In this document: positions 62,241-64,000 of the stretch, in pieces
Layout of the letters: each line of letters opens with the position of its first letter
Position numbering within the stretch: the first letter of the stretch is position 1
NCBI RefSeq assembly: GCF_009914755.1
Contig: NC_060930.1
Strand: one strand, 5' to 3'
DNA from: the human T2T-CHM13v2.0 reference genome, Homo sapiens
DNA length: 64,000 bases
Made by a program: the position numbers and the translations under genes
The notes under the pieces: generated by a model
What the model saw: only the letters and a program-made list of their open reading frames with translations
What the model was told of the DNA's origin: nothing
Database searches by the model: none

Positions 62241-64000
62241 CTGCCAGTGCTGCTGCTGTTTCATACCAATATTTATCAGCAAATAAGCTTCTTTTACATT
62301 GTGGTAACCAATCATATGTCCATGTGAATCCATACTCATTATTTACTTAACACTGTTAACATTATCCCTTGTTTTTATATAGTCTTCATAATTATCACAT
62401 AAATGATTACATCATGTTCCACTGAGATGATGGACCATCTTTTAGTAAATCTCTCTTCACTGTGAAACAGTTGGATTTCTTCAGTTGTTTGGAGATCACT
62501 TGTATTTGTTTTAAACGTCTTTAGGTCAAATTTCATTAACTCATTGACCTACAAAGTAGGAATGTCTGATTATTCCCTGCAACATCACTAAAGAAATACA
62601 AATTATAATTATTTAACTTATCCTTGTAGACTCAAAGGCTGTACAAAAAAATTTCAATTATTTAACTGTGATGTACTACAACGCTGCCTTGGAAGCTAGC
62701 TGAAAGGTACAGCCTGTTTTTAGAAAATGAACAAAGACAAAACTGCTCTTTCAGTTATGTCTGTTTCATACAGGTTCATTCTGAGTCCCTTCTTTTGCTA
62801 AAAAGCTAACAGGCCTCACTTCTTTTTTCAGAGTATATATACCTTCTTTAGTTTGAATTTATTGTGGTTCTAATTTTGTTATATTTGTGTAAACAATGAA
62901 TAAATAATATCTGAGTGGACAGGGCCCTTTCATGAATGAAACACATGATTTTTGCCATACCTGGTTCACCTGCTAATAACTCTTTAACACACTTGCCTCC
63001 TTTATTTCACATAGGTGAGGGCATCAGGCAGCAAATCTACCCAAAGCTGAACTAATGCAGTATTTTAGTAATAAGAGAATAGATAAATGTCATTGAAGTG
63101 GGAAAAGATAAGAGAGTGAGTTCCTTGAGATCCATAGCTGACAAATAAAATATGTAAGTAAAAATCCATGACCTAAGATGTATTCTCTTTAGGAATTTAT
63201 AATTTGACTTTTGTTTGCTACCTACACTAACTTCATAAGCTAATGTATAATGATGCCATAGTAATTGATAATAATGGTAACAACAACTATGTACTTTTAA
63301 TATTATTGACATCCATTGTATGCCAGAACTGTACAATGTGATGATGTAGGCATATAAGAGATGCATATGATGTCATATTTGCTTTTAAAATTCAAGTCCA
63401 TTTGGGGTACCCATATAAAGCCATTAGAAGGTGATGTAAGAGAGTCTATAAATGCCAAGTAATAAGCAGCACTGGAGTGGGTTTCCAATAAGAAGGCTTG
63501 GTATTACCAAACGTGTTTGTTAGTAATTATATATTTATATTGAAATGTGACTCTGTACATTTCATCAGGTACCGTGGATCCTGTCTTTAAGATAAATAAG
63601 CCAACAAACAAAACACTGAAGTGTTTTTCAACTGTGCAGAAAAGATAAAATCTTAGAGAAGAAAAAAAATACCCACAATTCTCTGAGATCCCTGCAGATT
63701 TTGAAGATCTTGGCTGTGATGGATTACGTTAGAATGTGGGAAGAGAAATACCATGCATTGTTCTGCAGCATTTTTCTTTTAACTGCCCCTTTGCCATTTC
63801 TTTAATATTTGTCTTATATTAATAGTGACTGATATGTAATAATCAACAGACTTGTGCTGTAAATCCAAAGAGAAAACTGCAAAGAATTTAAAGATTTGGC
63901 CTCATATATAATTCTGCCAGATAAATGGAAAAGAGCCAAAGAAATGAAATAAAATTAAAGGAATACTGCAGTTAAATTTTATGCATTATGACTTTATGTA

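Overview
Human genomic DNA: AT-rich and repeat-dense, intronic or intergenic. A human-specific AluYb8 at 14178-14488 fixes the species. I find no credible cellular protein-coding exon, RNA gene or CRISPR array; the longer ORFs in the track are L1 ORF1/ORF2 remnants, Alu- or LTR-derived frames, or unsupported chance ORFs. The window holds 11 Alus, several L1s (a nested L1M/L1MA/L1PA8-like block at about 12.9-24.1 kb), MaLR/ERV solo LTRs, DNA-transposon MITEs (MADE1, MER47A, MER5) and old L2/MIR fragments. I do not see a new gene system. The most notable signals are fossil DNA-repair and retrotransposition scars. (1) A composite templated insertion at about 31.4-31.7 kb is built from two perfect-arm hairpins, a direct copy of 26527-26588 and an inverted copy of 33964-34060. 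(2) A MADE1 hairpin MITE has captured about 210 bp of neighbouring L1 in its loop. (3) An L1PA8-like element appears spliced at the +97 donor, is internally deleted, and carries a 3' transduction inside its TSD. Subfamily names come from recalled consensus sequences, and boundaries of old repeats are approximate.
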